Shown piece by piece: positions 17,479 through 26,475 of a stretch of 64,000 nucleotides of DNA (positions within the stretch are counted from its first letter, which is position 1; the number at the start of each line of letters is the position of its first letter). The notes below the pieces were generated by a model. It saw nothing but the letters and a program-made list of their open reading frames with translations, was not told where the DNA came from and searched no databases. The DNA lies in NCBI GenBank assembly GCA_023432445.1, contig JAEYUP010000001.1, forward strand, positions 495,907-559,906. The letters run 5' to 3'. Source of the DNA: Candidatus Parcubacteria bacterium. GTDB taxonomy: Bacteria > Patescibacteriota > Saccharimonadia > Saccharimonadales > Saccharimonadaceae. The translations under genes and the position numbers were made by a program.

Positions 17479-18351
17479 ATGAAAATAAAACGGCGAGGTG
17501 TGAAGCTTCGGTATCTTCATTGGTGGCTTTTGGGGGTGTTAACGCTTGGATCGGCCATTTTTATAGGTTGGTATTGGTACGAACAGCACCAGAGGACTAT
17601 TGAAATCGAGCAAAAAACTAGTCAGTTAGTAGCAGAGGTAGACGCTCGGATAGCCGAGATAGAGCGTAAAAGAGTCGAACCGGTCTATGTGAGTCTGCCT
17701 GGTGCCGATACGATAGAGGTGATACGCGAAGATTTTACGGAGCCGTCGAGCATTTGGGTGCTTGTTAACAAGAAAAACTCTATCCCTCTCGACTACGTTC
17801 CAGGACTCGCGTCGCCCGGAGTGCCGATACGCTCTGGAGCTACGTCAGACGAGCGGAGTGTGAGCAAAGCCATCGTGAAACCGCTTAAGAATCTATTTGC
17901 GGCGGCCGAAAAAGACGGGCACCTTCTCATGATCGGCAGTGCGTATCGGTCCTCGGCGGTCCAGACGGCCCTCTTTAATGGCTACGTGGCAAGCGCCGGT
18001 CTAGAGCAGGCGAGCAAGTATAGCGCCCGGCCTGGGCACAGTGAGCATCAGCTCGGCTTGGCGGTCGATATCAGCACACTTTCGCAGCAGTGCTATCTCT
18101 CTGCTTGTTTCATAAATACTCCCGACGGCCAGTGGTTGGCCGATAACGCCCATAAGTACGGTTTTTTTATCCGATATCAAAAGGGTAAAGAGTCGATAAC
18201 GGGATACAATTTTGAGCCGTGGCATTATCGCTACGTTGGTAAGGACTTGGCGACGGCACTTTACCAGAGCGGCCTGACGTTTGAAGAGGCCTGGCCGTAC
18301 CTTGAGGCGGCAAGACAGACCTTAATCGACAATAGGGCTATAGCCCCGTAA
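17479..18351 (+). CDS. D-alanyl-D-alanine carboxypeptidase, M15B/VanY family
   Basis: N-terminal TM. SAYRS ... SEHQLGLAVDI ... EPWHYRYVG matches the zinc-binding H-x6-D / H pattern of VanY-type peptidases. Confidence 0.8.
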   Translation: MKIKRRGVKLRYLHWWLLGVLTLGSAIFIGWYWYEQHQRTIEIEQKTSQLVAEVDARIAEIERKRVEPVYVSLPGADTIEVIREDFTEPSSIWVLVNKKNSIPLDYVPGLASPGVPIRSGATSDERSVSKAIVKPLKNLFAAAEKDGHLLMIGSAYRSSAVQTALFNGYVASAGLEQASKYSARPGHSEHQLGLAVDISTLSQQCYLSACFINTPDGQWLADNAHKYGFFIRYQKGKESITGYNFEPWHYRYVGKDLATALYQSGLTFEEAWPYLEAARQTLIDNRAIAP

Positions 18352-18389
18352 GTAATAGCCACTATTATGCTCATGGTAAAATAGAAAGA

Positions 18390-20297
18390 GTGAAGTTATT
18401 AAAGCAATTATCCAAATACAAAAACTTTCTGACAGATCCCTCTCGTAGATATTGGGTTGTTGGCGGGGTTGTTTTGATTATTTTGCTGGTTGGGGCGGTA
18501 ACTTTTGTCATCCCAAAGAAAATAAACTTCTCGTATGCTGGGGAGTCTTGTGTTTCGCATCTGGCGCTATTTCCTGCGCTGAGCCATGATTCTGGCGGGG
18601 GTGGCTTTAAGCTTATTACTAAGGACGAGCTGAAGATTGGCTCTTTCACCTACGCCACCACGAAGGTCTGTGCGCAGCCCACAAAAGCACCGGCACCAGG
18701 AAACCATGAAGTGTCGCTTGCTGGCGTATTGGCCAAGAAATTTATAGTCAGTGTGGGTGAAGAGCCAGAGGCACACGCCAGTAGCATCGTTGGTCAGACT
18801 ATTTCGACGGCACTGCCGCTTGACGTCCAACTTTCGTCACCAGATACGGTTCATAACTACAAGTTTAAGGTGGGCGACAGGGCGACAGAGTGCACTCCGG
18901 GAGGTTCAGGGGTGCTATGCGAGGTGGCCGATTTAGGTCTAGCGCCCGGCAAAAAGTATACGGCCAGCTTGTTGCGTAGCTTCGAGCAGGATGAGGCCCG
19001 GACGCTTATAGAGGGTGAAGTAGAGACATTACGCCCGGTAGTAATGAAAAAAGCCGAAGTTTCCAAAGATAAAACCGTTTACAATTCACCCAAGAAGTTT
19101 GAATTCACTTTCGACAGGTCTATAGAAAAAGCCGAGATAACGTTAGAAAGGAAAGTGGGCGACTCCAAAGAATTAGTTGCAACCACTGTTTCGCAAGATG
19201 ATAATAAGGTTAATGTCAGTTTTGACGAGGAGCTGGCGCGGAAAGCTACCTACGTTTTGACAATCTCGCAGGTCGTTGCGGACAACGGTAGTTCACTCGA
19301 AAAGCCAATCATCATTAACTTTAAGACATCGGGCGGCCCAAAGCCAAAAGATGTTTCGGTTGGTTCAGTTGGGGTTGCACGCACGGCCCAGATTGTAGTC
19401 ACCCTCGATCAGCCGATGAAAAAAGACGTTGATATCTCCAAGTATGCCCGCGTAACAGGTGTAAGCGGAAGCGTTAAAAAGCTCTCTAGCACCAAAGTTG
19501 CCTTTAGTATAAATGGAGGCCTTTGTAAGGCGTTTAGTTTAATTATAGACAAGGGCGTAGCTAGCGATAGCAACTCGGCCGTATCTGACGCCTGGAAGTT
19601 CGACTCTAGAACGGTTTGCGGTACCACCTCTGTAATCGGCTACTCTGTAAACGGTCGCCCTATAATCGCTTATTACATCGGGACTGGCTCGTCGACAGTG
19701 ATGTTTACTGGTGGCATCCACGGTAACGAGTTGGCGGCTCAGCAGACTATGCAGGCCTGGGCAAATTACCTTATGTATTATGGCAATCAGATACCATCAA
19801 ACCGCCGAGTAGTGGTAGTACCTAACCTTAACCCCGACGGAATCGCCACGGGTAGTCGAAATAACGCTAACAACGTCAACTTGGGGCGAAATTACCCTTC
19901 TAGCAATTGGTCGGCTAGTATCGATACTGCCAATGGGGAACTACCTCAAGGCGGGGGCAGCAGTCCTGGTTCGGAGCCTGAGACTAAGGCTATCATGGCG
20001 TTGACCCGTCAGCTTAGACCACGGCTTGAGGTGTCATTCCACTCACAGGGTAGCTTGGTGGGCGCTAACAAGTACGGCAATTCGGTCGCAGTGGGCTCAA
20101 CCTACGCCAATATGGTCGGCTACGGCACGATGTTTTACAACGCGGAAGAAGTCATGGGGTATTCTATAACTGGTGAGTACGAAGAGTGGATGGGCGAAGA
20201 AATGGGTATTCCGGCAATTCTCATCGAGCTGCCGTCGCACTACGGCAATTATCTTGAGTGGCACTTGAAGGCACTTCTCAAGACGCTTACAGTATAA
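18390..20297 (+). CDS. Membrane-anchored M14-family zinc carboxypeptidase-like protein with Ig-like stalk
   Basis: GTG start and N-terminal TM (WVVGGVVLIILLVGAVTFVI). About 400 aa of beta-rich, SbsA-Ig-like sequence. C-terminal FTGGIHGNELAAQQ (HxxE), SEPETKA and SFHSQG motifs of M14 peptidases. Confidence 0.7.
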   Translation: MKLLKQLSKYKNFLTDPSRRYWVVGGVVLIILLVGAVTFVIPKKINFSYAGESCVSHLALFPALSHDSGGGGFKLITKDELKIGSFTYATTKVCAQPTKAPAPGNHEVSLAGVLAKKFIVSVGEEPEAHASSIVGQTISTALPLDVQLSSPDTVHNYKFKVGDRATECTPGGSGVLCEVADLGLAPGKKYTASLLRSFEQDEARTLIEGEVETLRPVVMKKAEVSKDKTVYNSPKKFEFTFDRSIEKAEITLERKVGDSKELVATTVSQDDNKVNVSFDEELARKATYVLTISQVVADNGSSLEKPIIINFKTSGGPKPKDVSVGSVGVARTAQIVVTLDQPMKKDVDISKYARVTGVSGSVKKLSSTKVAFSINGGLCKAFSLIIDKGVASDSNSAVSDAWKFDSRTVCGTTSVIGYSVNGRPIIAYYIGTGSSTVMFTGGIHGNELAAQQTMQAWANYLMYYGNQIPSNRRVVVVPNLNPDGIATGSRNNANNVNLGRNYPSSNWSASIDTANGELPQGGGSSPGSEPETKAIMALTRQLRPRLEVSFHSQGSLVGANKYGNSVAVGSTYANMVGYGTMFYNAEEVMGYSITGEYEEWMGEEMGIPAILIELPSHYGNYLEWHLKALLKTLTV

Positions 20298-20303
20298 AAA
20301 ACA

Positions 20304-20329
20304 ACCCACCTCGCTGGTTGGGTCGTTTT
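20304..20329 (+). terminator. Hairpin plus T-tract after the M14 peptidase gene
   Basis: ACCCACC-TCGCT-GGT(T)GGGT followed by CGTTTT. Confidence 0.45.
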
Positions 20330-20443
20330 GAGTTGTTTTTGAATCTCGATTTTTGAAGATTCAAACAGGTGCTTATCTATAATATCCCACCAGGTGGGTA
20401 TTGGCAATAGTAGCATAAACATTAAATTGCGCTTACGTAAATG

Positions 20444-20472
20444 TTGACATAAAGCATAAGCTATAGTATAAT
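20444..20472 (+). promoter_or_regulatory. Consensus sigma-70 promoter (TTGACA-17-TATAAT)
   Basis: TTGACA 20444-20449, 17-nt spacer, TATAAT 20467-20472, about 90 nt upstream of the KGG-protein start. Confidence 0.8.
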
Positions 20473-20565
20473 GATAACCAGACACATATCATGTGTGAGG
20501 TATTAATGAGGGTTTTCACGCCGTATCGGTGGTGGGAACCTTTTTAATTAGGAGGAAACTGCATC

Positions 20566-20763
20566 ATGGCAGGAACCAAAGAGGGTGGCCGGAAGGCTGC
20601 ACAAAAGAACCTACAACGTGACCCACTCTTCTACGCGAAGATCGGTCGCAAGGGTGGCCAAATGGGCCGCACTGGCGGATTTGCTGCCAACCCAGAGCTA
20701 GCTCGCATCGCGGGCGCAAAGGGTGGACGTATCTCACGCCGCACTAGCAAAAAGGCTGCTTAA
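20566..20763 (+). CDS. General stress protein with KGG repeats (YciG/GsiB-like)
   Basis: 65-aa basic ORF with repeated GRKGG / GAKGG motifs. AGGAGG SD lies 10 nt upstream. Confidence 0.7.
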   Translation: MAGTKEGGRKAAQKNLQRDPLFYAKIGRKGGQMGRTGGFAANPELARIAGAKGGRISRRTSKKAA

Positions 20764-20780
20764 TAGGCTTTTTGCAAACG

Positions 20781-20812
20781 AAAGAACTCCCCAGTTGAGA
20801 GGAGTTCTTTTT
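20781..20812. terminator. Bidirectional terminator between convergent genes
   Basis: AAAGAACTCC-(10-nt loop)-GGAGTTCTTT followed by TTATT. Confidence 0.75.
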
Positions 20813-21269
20813 ATTGGCGGATTTTTTTGCGTTTTAACCCGCAAAGCCGGGCTTCGTTAACTTGCCACCGACAGGTACAGGCTGGGCAGGTGTATTCTTT
20901 GGCGCCTGATTGATAACCGCTGGCCGAACAGTCAGGGCAGGTGCTACGAGCGTGCATCCAGTCGCGATAAGTGTTGAGATTGTCGTTTATGACTTCCTCG
21001 GAGATGCTAATACCGTATTTAGAGCTGATTTCCCGAGCTTTTTCCCAAGCTGCCGCTTCCATGTTTACAAGAGAAAGGTCTTCCTGGTAGCTCTTGTGGC
21101 CGAGTATGCCGTGCGAGAGTTCGTGTAGAAGCAGTATCTCATCGTGATCTTCGGCGTTAAAGTGAACGGTGTGGGTTTCGGGGGCCCAAGCGTAGCGCGA
21201 GTCTGGCGTAAAGCGAAGCTCGGGGTAGTCAGAGGTGAGTCTAGCGAGAAGTGAGTTCATCGAGGGCAT
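20811..21269 (-). CDS. Putative zinc metalloprotease-like protein (HExxH) with C-terminal Cys4 zinc ribbon
   Basis: LLLHELSHGILGH motif. C-terminal CPDC ... CPAC pairs. Confidence 0.5.
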   Translation of the reverse strand: MPSMNSLLARLTSDYPELRFTPDSRYAWAPETHTVHFNAEDHDEILLLHELSHGILGHKSYQEDLSLVNMEAAAWEKAREISSKYGISISEEVINDNLNTYRDWMHARSTCPDCSASGYQSGAKEYTCPACTCRWQVNEARLCGLKRKKIRQ

Positions 21270-22059
21270 AGTAGTAGCAGCCGTAAATAACCGCTTCTTC
21301 GGGGTGCTTGGCTGGGATTAGTTTAGGCAGAGGAATGTGGTTTGGGAGTTTTTCGCGCAAGATTGATTTGAGGTCGGCGCCGTAACGGCTAAAATAGGTG
21401 CCGATACTGCCGCCGATGATGATGGTGTCGGGCTGTATGACGGGTATGATAGCTAAGAAACCGCGGCTGATTCGGTCGGCTATTTGATGCCAGGTTCGCT
21501 CACTAGTGATGTCACGGGCGTATTTTCCATAGGTTTTAACGATTGCTTTACCAGATGCGAAAGACTCCCATTCTCTCACTGCACCATCGAACTCGACAAG
21601 TGATCGGCCGGCCTCGCTGTGGCGGAGCCCCGGGTCGATTTTACCGTTGGTTATAACCCCGCTACCGATGCCGGTGCTGACTGTCACATAAAGCGAGCTG
21701 ACGGGAACAGGATCTAAAATGCGGGTTTCTGATAGCCCGGCTAGGTTGGCGTCGTTTTCGACGAAGAGAGGAGCGCCCCTAAGTAGACCTTGGAAGGCTT
21801 TGGCTACATCAAAATTCTTCCATTCTAGGTTATTGCACCAGATGGCAACGCCGTCCTTGATGATACCTGGTATAGCGATAACTATAGCGTCGATATCTTG
21901 TCCCTCGAATGTTTCTTCTAGATAGTTTCTTAAGACAAACACATAGTCTTTTTCCTCAGGTGGAGTTGGAAATTTAACCGGTTCGCCGACTATAGAGCCG
22001 GACTCGTCATAACAGGCTACAAGTGTCTTGGTTCCTCCGGTGTCTACGGCGATAATCAT
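21241..22059 (-). CDS. ROK-family sugar kinase (glucokinase-like)
   Basis: MIIAVDTGGTKTLVA N-terminus, ENDANLAGLSE, VSTGIGSG. Start set at ATG 22059. The 48 codons upstream in the ORF track are hydrophobic read-through of the divergent promoter region. Confidence 0.7.
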   Translation of the reverse strand: MIIAVDTGGTKTLVACYDESGSIVGEPVKFPTPPEEKDYVFVLRNYLEETFEGQDIDAIVIAIPGIIKDGVAIWCNNLEWKNFDVAKAFQGLLRGAPLFVENDANLAGLSETRILDPVPVSSLYVTVSTGIGSGVITNGKIDPGLRHSEAGRSLVEFDGAVREWESFASGKAIVKTYGKYARDITSERTWHQIADRISRGFLAIIPVIQPDTIIIGGSIGTYFSRYGADLKSILREKLPNHIPLPKLIPAKHPEEAVIYGCYYYALDELTSR

Positions 22060-22123
22060 AGCCCTAGTGTAGCATATGACAGAGAAGTGGAGTACAATGA
22101 CGGTACAAACGGGAGGTAGCGAT

Positions 22124-22498
22124 ATGGCTATGCGAAACGGGTGGATAACAGTGAAAGGAATTGTGGCTACGGTAGCGGTAATCGTACTGGCGGCCCTCAT
22201 CATTGGTGGGCTGTATGTTGTGCGAGAGCGTAGCGAACAGCTACGGCGCGAAGAGGCTATAAAGGTGGCTCAGGAGCAGCTAGAGACTCAGACTAGCGAC
22301 CCTGTTTCAGTTAATGTTGAGGAAAATGGTGCGTCTATTAAGGAAGAGGCGACGGCAGGCTCCGGTGATTTCGTCGGCGACAAACTTCCAGAGACCGGTG
22401 TGTCTGATCTCGGGGCGCTCATTGCTATGGTTCTACTGACCGCTACGGTGACATCATTTTGGCAGTCGCGCCGACAAGTAAGGGCCTTGACTCTCTAG
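22124..22498 (+). CDS. Small LPXTG-anchored surface protein
   Basis: GGGAGG SD lies 8 nt before ATG 22124. N-terminal TM (VATVAVIVLAALIIGGLYVV), acidic middle, C-terminal LPETG plus hydrophobic stretch plus RRQVR. Confidence 0.55.
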   Translation: MAMRNGWITVKGIVATVAVIVLAALIIGGLYVVRERSEQLRREEAIKVAQEQLETQTSDPVSVNVEENGASIKEEATAGSGDFVGDKLPETGVSDLGALIAMVLLTATVTSFWQSRRQVRALTL

Positions 22499-22939
22499 CA
22501 TCTTTAGCCTGTGTCCGTAGTCGGTCTCTACGCGGCTGACTTTTTCTTGTAAATTGATGAATGGCTCGGAAATCGCAACTAATATAAGTTGGTGAGCCTC
22601 GTCATTGTCGTTAAAACGCTTGTTCATGCTGGTTTCAAGGGTATGTACCTTAGGCTCTGATCTATCCATTCGGATTTCAAGCGCATCCATACGTTCTTCG
22701 AGCGCATTCATTCGGGCTTCAAGCTTATCCATGCGCTCTTCAAGTTTATCCATTCGTTTTTCAAGCGCGTCCATACGAAGCTCAAGGCGATCCAATCTTT
22801 CTTCAAGTTTGGTCATGCGTTCCTCAAGCTTATCCATGCGAAGTTCAATGCGTCTTAAGCCAACTTTAAGTTCGTCAACCGACTCGATGAGGGTTGCGAG
22901 CATAGAAACAATAGTTGGAGTAACGGCAGTATCTTGCAT
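22454..22939 (-). CDS. Coiled-coil protein built from about 10 perfect heptads (RMDKLEE-type)
   Basis: 161-aa ORF. Residues about 27-96 read LRRIEL RMDKLEE RMTKLEE RLDRLEL RMDALEK RMDKLEE RMDKLEA RMNALEE RMDALEI RMDRSEP. Confidence 0.6.
   Translation of the reverse strand: MQDTAVTPTIVSMLATLIESVDELKVGLRRIELRMDKLEERMTKLEERLDRLELRMDALEKRMDKLEERMDKLEARMNALEERMDALEIRMDRSEPKVHTLETSMNKRFNDNDEAHQLILVAISEPFINLQEKVSRVETDYGHRLKMLESQGPYLSARLPK
22664..22852 (-). repeat. Nine tandem imperfect 21-bp repeats (coding, in frame)
   Basis: Plus-strand unit ATCCATnCGnnnTTCnAGnnn repeats 9 times with no spacers. It encodes the heptads of the 22454..22939 ORF. Confidence 0.9.
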
Positions 22940-23128
22940 GTAACTAACTATAACGATCGATTATTAAATACACGTGAACTTTTGAGGCAAAATAGTAAAT
23001 TGTTTTATTAAGGGGTGGTATCTGGACTTATAGAGTGATCTGGGGTACAATAAAGGCAATCGATGTGGGGTGCCTATGTTAGGTGCGCCACCGAAATACA
23101 AGATAAGGAAGGAGTCTTTTAAAGACTT

Positions 23129-24217
23129 ATGGCTAAAGCCGCAACTACAACAACATTAACTATGGATGACCTCCTCGCAGGCGAGGAAGCGCATCTTAAG
23201 CAAATTATTCAAGGAGAGACCGTCGAAGGGCGCGTTCTTACTGTAAGAAAGCACGAGATTCTGATTGATCTCGGTCCTCACGGAGTCGGACTGGTGCCAC
23301 GACGTGAAGCTGGATTTTCAAAGACGCTGACAGAGGGTGAAGAAGTCACCGCTAGCATCGTAGACTCAGAGCTAGAAAATGGTTACGTCCTGCTTTCCCT
23401 GCGCAAAGCCGCTAAGGACAAGGGTTGGGACGAGCTTGTTGCTAAGCTTGAAAGCGGTGAGATTATCGACGTAACAGCTTACGACGCTAACCGCGGCGGA
23501 CTATTGATCGAATACGATGGCGTGCGTGGGTTCCTGCCAGTTTCACAGCTATCGGCTGAACACTATCCTCGGGTTGGCAGCAATGACAAGGACGAGATTT
23601 TACAGCGCCTTAACGGACTAATTAACCAGCCGCTAAAGGTTCGCATCCTGGATGCCGACCGTAAGGCTAACAAGCTTATCTTCTCTGAGAAAGAGGCTGT
23701 CAAAGAAGGTCTAGCGGCTCGTTTCGAGAAGCTAAAGATTGGCGATAGCGTGAAGGGTGTGGCTACTGGAGTAGTTGACTACGGCATCTTCGTTAACGTC
23801 GAAGGCATTGAAGGTCTTGTTCACATTTCAGAAATCAGCTGGGAGCGCGTTAGCAATCCAGCAGACTACGTTAAGGTCGGGCAAACTATCGATGCCAAGA
23901 TTATCGCGATCGACAAAGAACGACTCAGCCTTAGCATGAAGCAGCTGATCGAAGATCCATGGCTTAGCGAGGTTGAACAGTTTGCGGTTGGTGGTGACGT
24001 TGAGGGCACTGTAACTCGTATTACACCATTTGGCGCCTTCGTCCAGATCAGCCCAGCGGTTGAAGCGCTTGTTCACGTTAGTGAGCTCGGCGACGGCGAC
24101 GGCGTAGACCCAGAGAAGGTATTCACTCTCAACGAACGCAAGAACTTCATTGTTCTAGGTATCGAGAAAGACAATCGCAAGATTTCCCTCGGACTACCAA
24201 AAACATCTAAGAAATAG
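23129..24217 (+). CDS. rpsA: 30S ribosomal protein S1 (four S1 domains)
   Basis: Repeated G.V..V...G..V.L / GFLP.S / GLVHISE S1-domain signatures. Confidence 0.85.
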   Translation: MAKAATTTTLTMDDLLAGEEAHLKQIIQGETVEGRVLTVRKHEILIDLGPHGVGLVPRREAGFSKTLTEGEEVTASIVDSELENGYVLLSLRKAAKDKGWDELVAKLESGEIIDVTAYDANRGGLLIEYDGVRGFLPVSQLSAEHYPRVGSNDKDEILQRLNGLINQPLKVRILDADRKANKLIFSEKEAVKEGLAARFEKLKIGDSVKGVATGVVDYGIFVNVEGIEGLVHISEISWERVSNPADYVKVGQTIDAKIIAIDKERLSLSMKQLIEDPWLSEVEQFAVGGDVEGTVTRITPFGAFVQISPAVEALVHVSELGDGDGVDPEKVFTLNERKNFIVLGIEKDNRKISLGLPKTSKK

Positions 24218-24252
24218 CATGAAAACACCTGTTACGGGAGAAAGGAGCACAT

Positions 24253-26022
24253 ATGGCAGAGAAAGTACTCACGATTGCCGAATCAATTACCGTGGGCGAA
24301 TTGGCCGAAGTGCTCAATCTTCCGGTAACAACTTTGATCGGCGAGTTATTTAAAAACGGCATCGCCGCGACCATCAATCAACGGATAGATTTTGAGACCG
24401 CGACTATTATTGTTGAGGAGCTTGGACTTGATGTTGAGCTGCAAAAGAAAGAGGCCGGCGCTGCACCAGAGCGCCGTCAGCACGTAAACTCTGCTGAGGC
24501 AATCGAGCGACCACCGATCGTGGCCGTTATGGGCCATGTCGACCACGGAAAGACCAGTTTGCTTGACGCTATTCTAGGTCAAAAGGTGGTCGAGGGCGAG
24601 GCTGGCGGTATAACTCAACACATTAGCGCCTACCAGACTATCCGCAAAGATCGAACTATAACTCTGCTAGATACACCAGGGCACGAAGCTTTTGCTGCCT
24701 TGAGACAACACGGCGCAACTCTGACGGACGTTGTGATCATTGTCGTGGCGGCCGATGACGGTGTTAAGCCGCAAACAGTCGAGGCGATTCGGTTTGCCCG
24801 AACAGCCAACGCCAAGATTGTAGTGGCTATTAACAAGATAGACAAAGAAGCGGCTAACCCTCAGTTGGTAAAAACTCAATTGGCGACTGAACACAACTTG
24901 AACCCAGAAGAGTGGGGTGGCGATGTTGTTATGGTGGAAGTTAGTGCCAAGACCGGACAAGGGATTGACACGCTGCTGGACATGGTTTTGTTGGTGGCTG
25001 ACATTGAAGAACTCAAGGCCGATACTACCGGCCCAGCCGAAGGTCTTGTTATCGAAGCTCATATGGCGACTGGTCGTGGTGCGGTTGTAGGATTATTAGT
25101 GGAACACGGCATGCTCAAGCCGGGCGCTTTCTTAGTAGCGGGTACGGCCTATGGAAAAGTGCGGACTTTGCAGGACTTTAGTGGTAAGACATTGAAAGAG
25201 GCTGGGCCGTCGACGCCCGTGACTGTAAGTGGTTTCAAGGAACTGCCGCAGTTCGGTGATATTTTTGAAGTAGTTAAGAACGAAAAAGAGGCTAAAGCTC
25301 GAGCGATGGTTGTTAAGAAGGACCGAGAAGAAGCCCAAGCAACAACCAATGTTACTGGTGCCGACCTTCTAAAGCTCATGACGCAGAAGCACGAAGCGGA
25401 AGAGTTTAAAGTTATTGTTAAGGCCGACGTTCAAGGTTCTTTGACCTCAGTTCTGGATAGCCTAAAGCTGATCGATACGGGCGGTGAAGTCGCTCTTCGT
25501 GTTGTCAGTAGCGGCGTTGGTAATATTACCGAAAACGACGTACGTCTAGCTACCGACGAAAAAACTGTCATCTACGGATTTAACATCATGCTGCCTCCGG
25601 CCGTTAAACAACTAGCTACCCGGGAGCGTGCGGAGGTTCGAATTTACAACGTAATATACGAACTGCTAGACGACGCCAAGTCTTCGATGGAGGCGCTCCT
25701 CGCCCCAGAGGTGGTTGAGACGGAGCTGGCTAAACTTGAAGTTAAGGGCGTCTTCCGAACCCAAAAAGACGAAATTATCACCGGTGGTTTGGTCAAGAGC
25801 GGAAAGGTTAGTACTGGATTGCTGGTCAGGATGAAGCGCGGTGAAGAACTATTGGGCGAAGCGGAGATTACTAGTCTACAGCGTGAAAAGGTTGAAGTTA
25901 AAGAAGCTTTTGAGGGCGATATGTGTGGCCTAAGTCTTAAAACAACCAAAAAAGTTTTACTGGAAATTGGTGATACACTCGAGTTCTTTACTCGCGAAGT
26001 CGTTAAGCGAACTTTGTCATAG
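24253..26022 (+). CDS. infB: Translation initiation factor IF-2 (short N-terminus)
   Basis: [28 protein letters not shown]-domain motifs. C-terminal IF2 beta-barrel domains. Confidence 0.95.
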   Translation: MAEKVLTIAESITVGELAEVLNLPVTTLIGELFKNGIAATINQRIDFETATIIVEELGLDVELQKKEAGAAPERRQHVNSAEAIERPPIVAVMGHVDHGKTSLLDAILGQKVVEGEAGGITQHISAYQTIRKDRTITLLDTPGHEAFAALRQHGATLTDVVIIVVAADDGVKPQTVEAIRFARTANAKIVVAINKIDKEAANPQLVKTQLATEHNLNPEEWGGDVVMVEVSAKTGQGIDTLLDMVLLVADIEELKADTTGPAEGLVIEAHMATGRGAVVGLLVEHGMLKPGAFLVAGTAYGKVRTLQDFSGKTLKEAGPSTPVTVSGFKELPQFGDIFEVVKNEKEAKARAMVVKKDREEAQATTNVTGADLLKLMTQKHEAEEFKVIVKADVQGSLTSVLDSLKLIDTGGEVALRVVSSGVGNITENDVRLATDEKTVIYGFNIMLPPAVKQLATRERAEVRIYNVIYELLDDAKSSMEALLAPEVVETELAKLEVKGVFRTQKDEIITGGLVKSGKVSTGLLVRMKRGEELLGEAEITSLQREKVEVKEAFEGDMCGLSLKTTKKVLLEIGDTLEFFTREVVKRTLS

Positions 26023-26041
26023 TTAGTGATATAATTGAAGT

Positions 26042-26461
26042 ATGTTTAGACTGGATGATACATTCCTGGAAGATGTTGGGCTGGGCACGCTTCCCGAGGA
26101 GCAGAAAAAACCATTTCTCCAGCACGTCTATGATCAACTAGAAGCCCGTGTAGGTGCAAGCCTGAGTGAAGGCATGACAGATTCTCAACTTGACGAGTTT
26201 GAGGCTATTATCGACCACCGCGACGAAGTGGTCGGGCCTTGGTTACAGCAGTATGCACCTAACTACCAAGACGAAGAGACTTTTAAACGACTTCAGGAGG
26301 CTACCAAACTTCCGGCCGACAGTGCCGACCTGCGCGCTGAATACGCCGCTACTAAGTGGCTCGAGGTAAATCGACCTGATTACCGCGATGTAGTAGCTAG
26401 GACCCTTGAGTCTCTTAAGCAAGAAATCATTGCGAATAAAGATACGATTCTTGGTGCGTAG
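26042..26461 (+). CDS. Hypothetical acidic protein (possibly DUF5663-like)
   Basis: 139-aa ORF. TGaTATAAT lies 6 nt upstream of the ATG. The family assignment is from memory only. Confidence 0.5.
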   Translation: MFRLDDTFLEDVGLGTLPEEQKKPFLQHVYDQLEARVGASLSEGMTDSQLDEFEAIIDHRDEVVGPWLQQYAPNYQDEETFKRLQEATKLPADSADLRAEYAATKWLEVNRPDYRDVVARTLESLKQEIIANKDTILGA

Positions 26462-26475
26462 GCGGCATAGTTGCC

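Noticed and set aside
22060-22203. 48-codon N-terminal extension of the ROK kinase ORF, and the 22076 start of the divergent LPXTG ORF
   Set aside because: The ROK fold begins at MIIAVDTGGTK (ATG 22059). For the LPXTG protein, a GGGAGG SD supports ATG 22124. The two extensions would overlap each other in the divergent promoter region.
22664-22852. Tandem 21-bp repeats as a possible CRISPR or minisatellite
   Set aside because: The repeats are contiguous with no spacers. They are in frame and encode a clean heptad coiled coil, so this is a coding repeat and not a CRISPR array.
22605-22943. 112-aa plus-strand ORF (Ser/Arg/Ile-rich)
   Set aside because: It is the antisense reading of the heptad repeat. 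Its low-complexity composition is an artefact of the repeat, and the minus-strand ORF has sensible N- and C-terminal non-repeat regions.
22967-22984. parS-like sequence AAATACACGTGAACTTTT
   Set aside because: Only the CACGTGAA core matches the TGTTNCACGTGAAACA consensus, and the flanks do not match. No better parS was seen near parAB.
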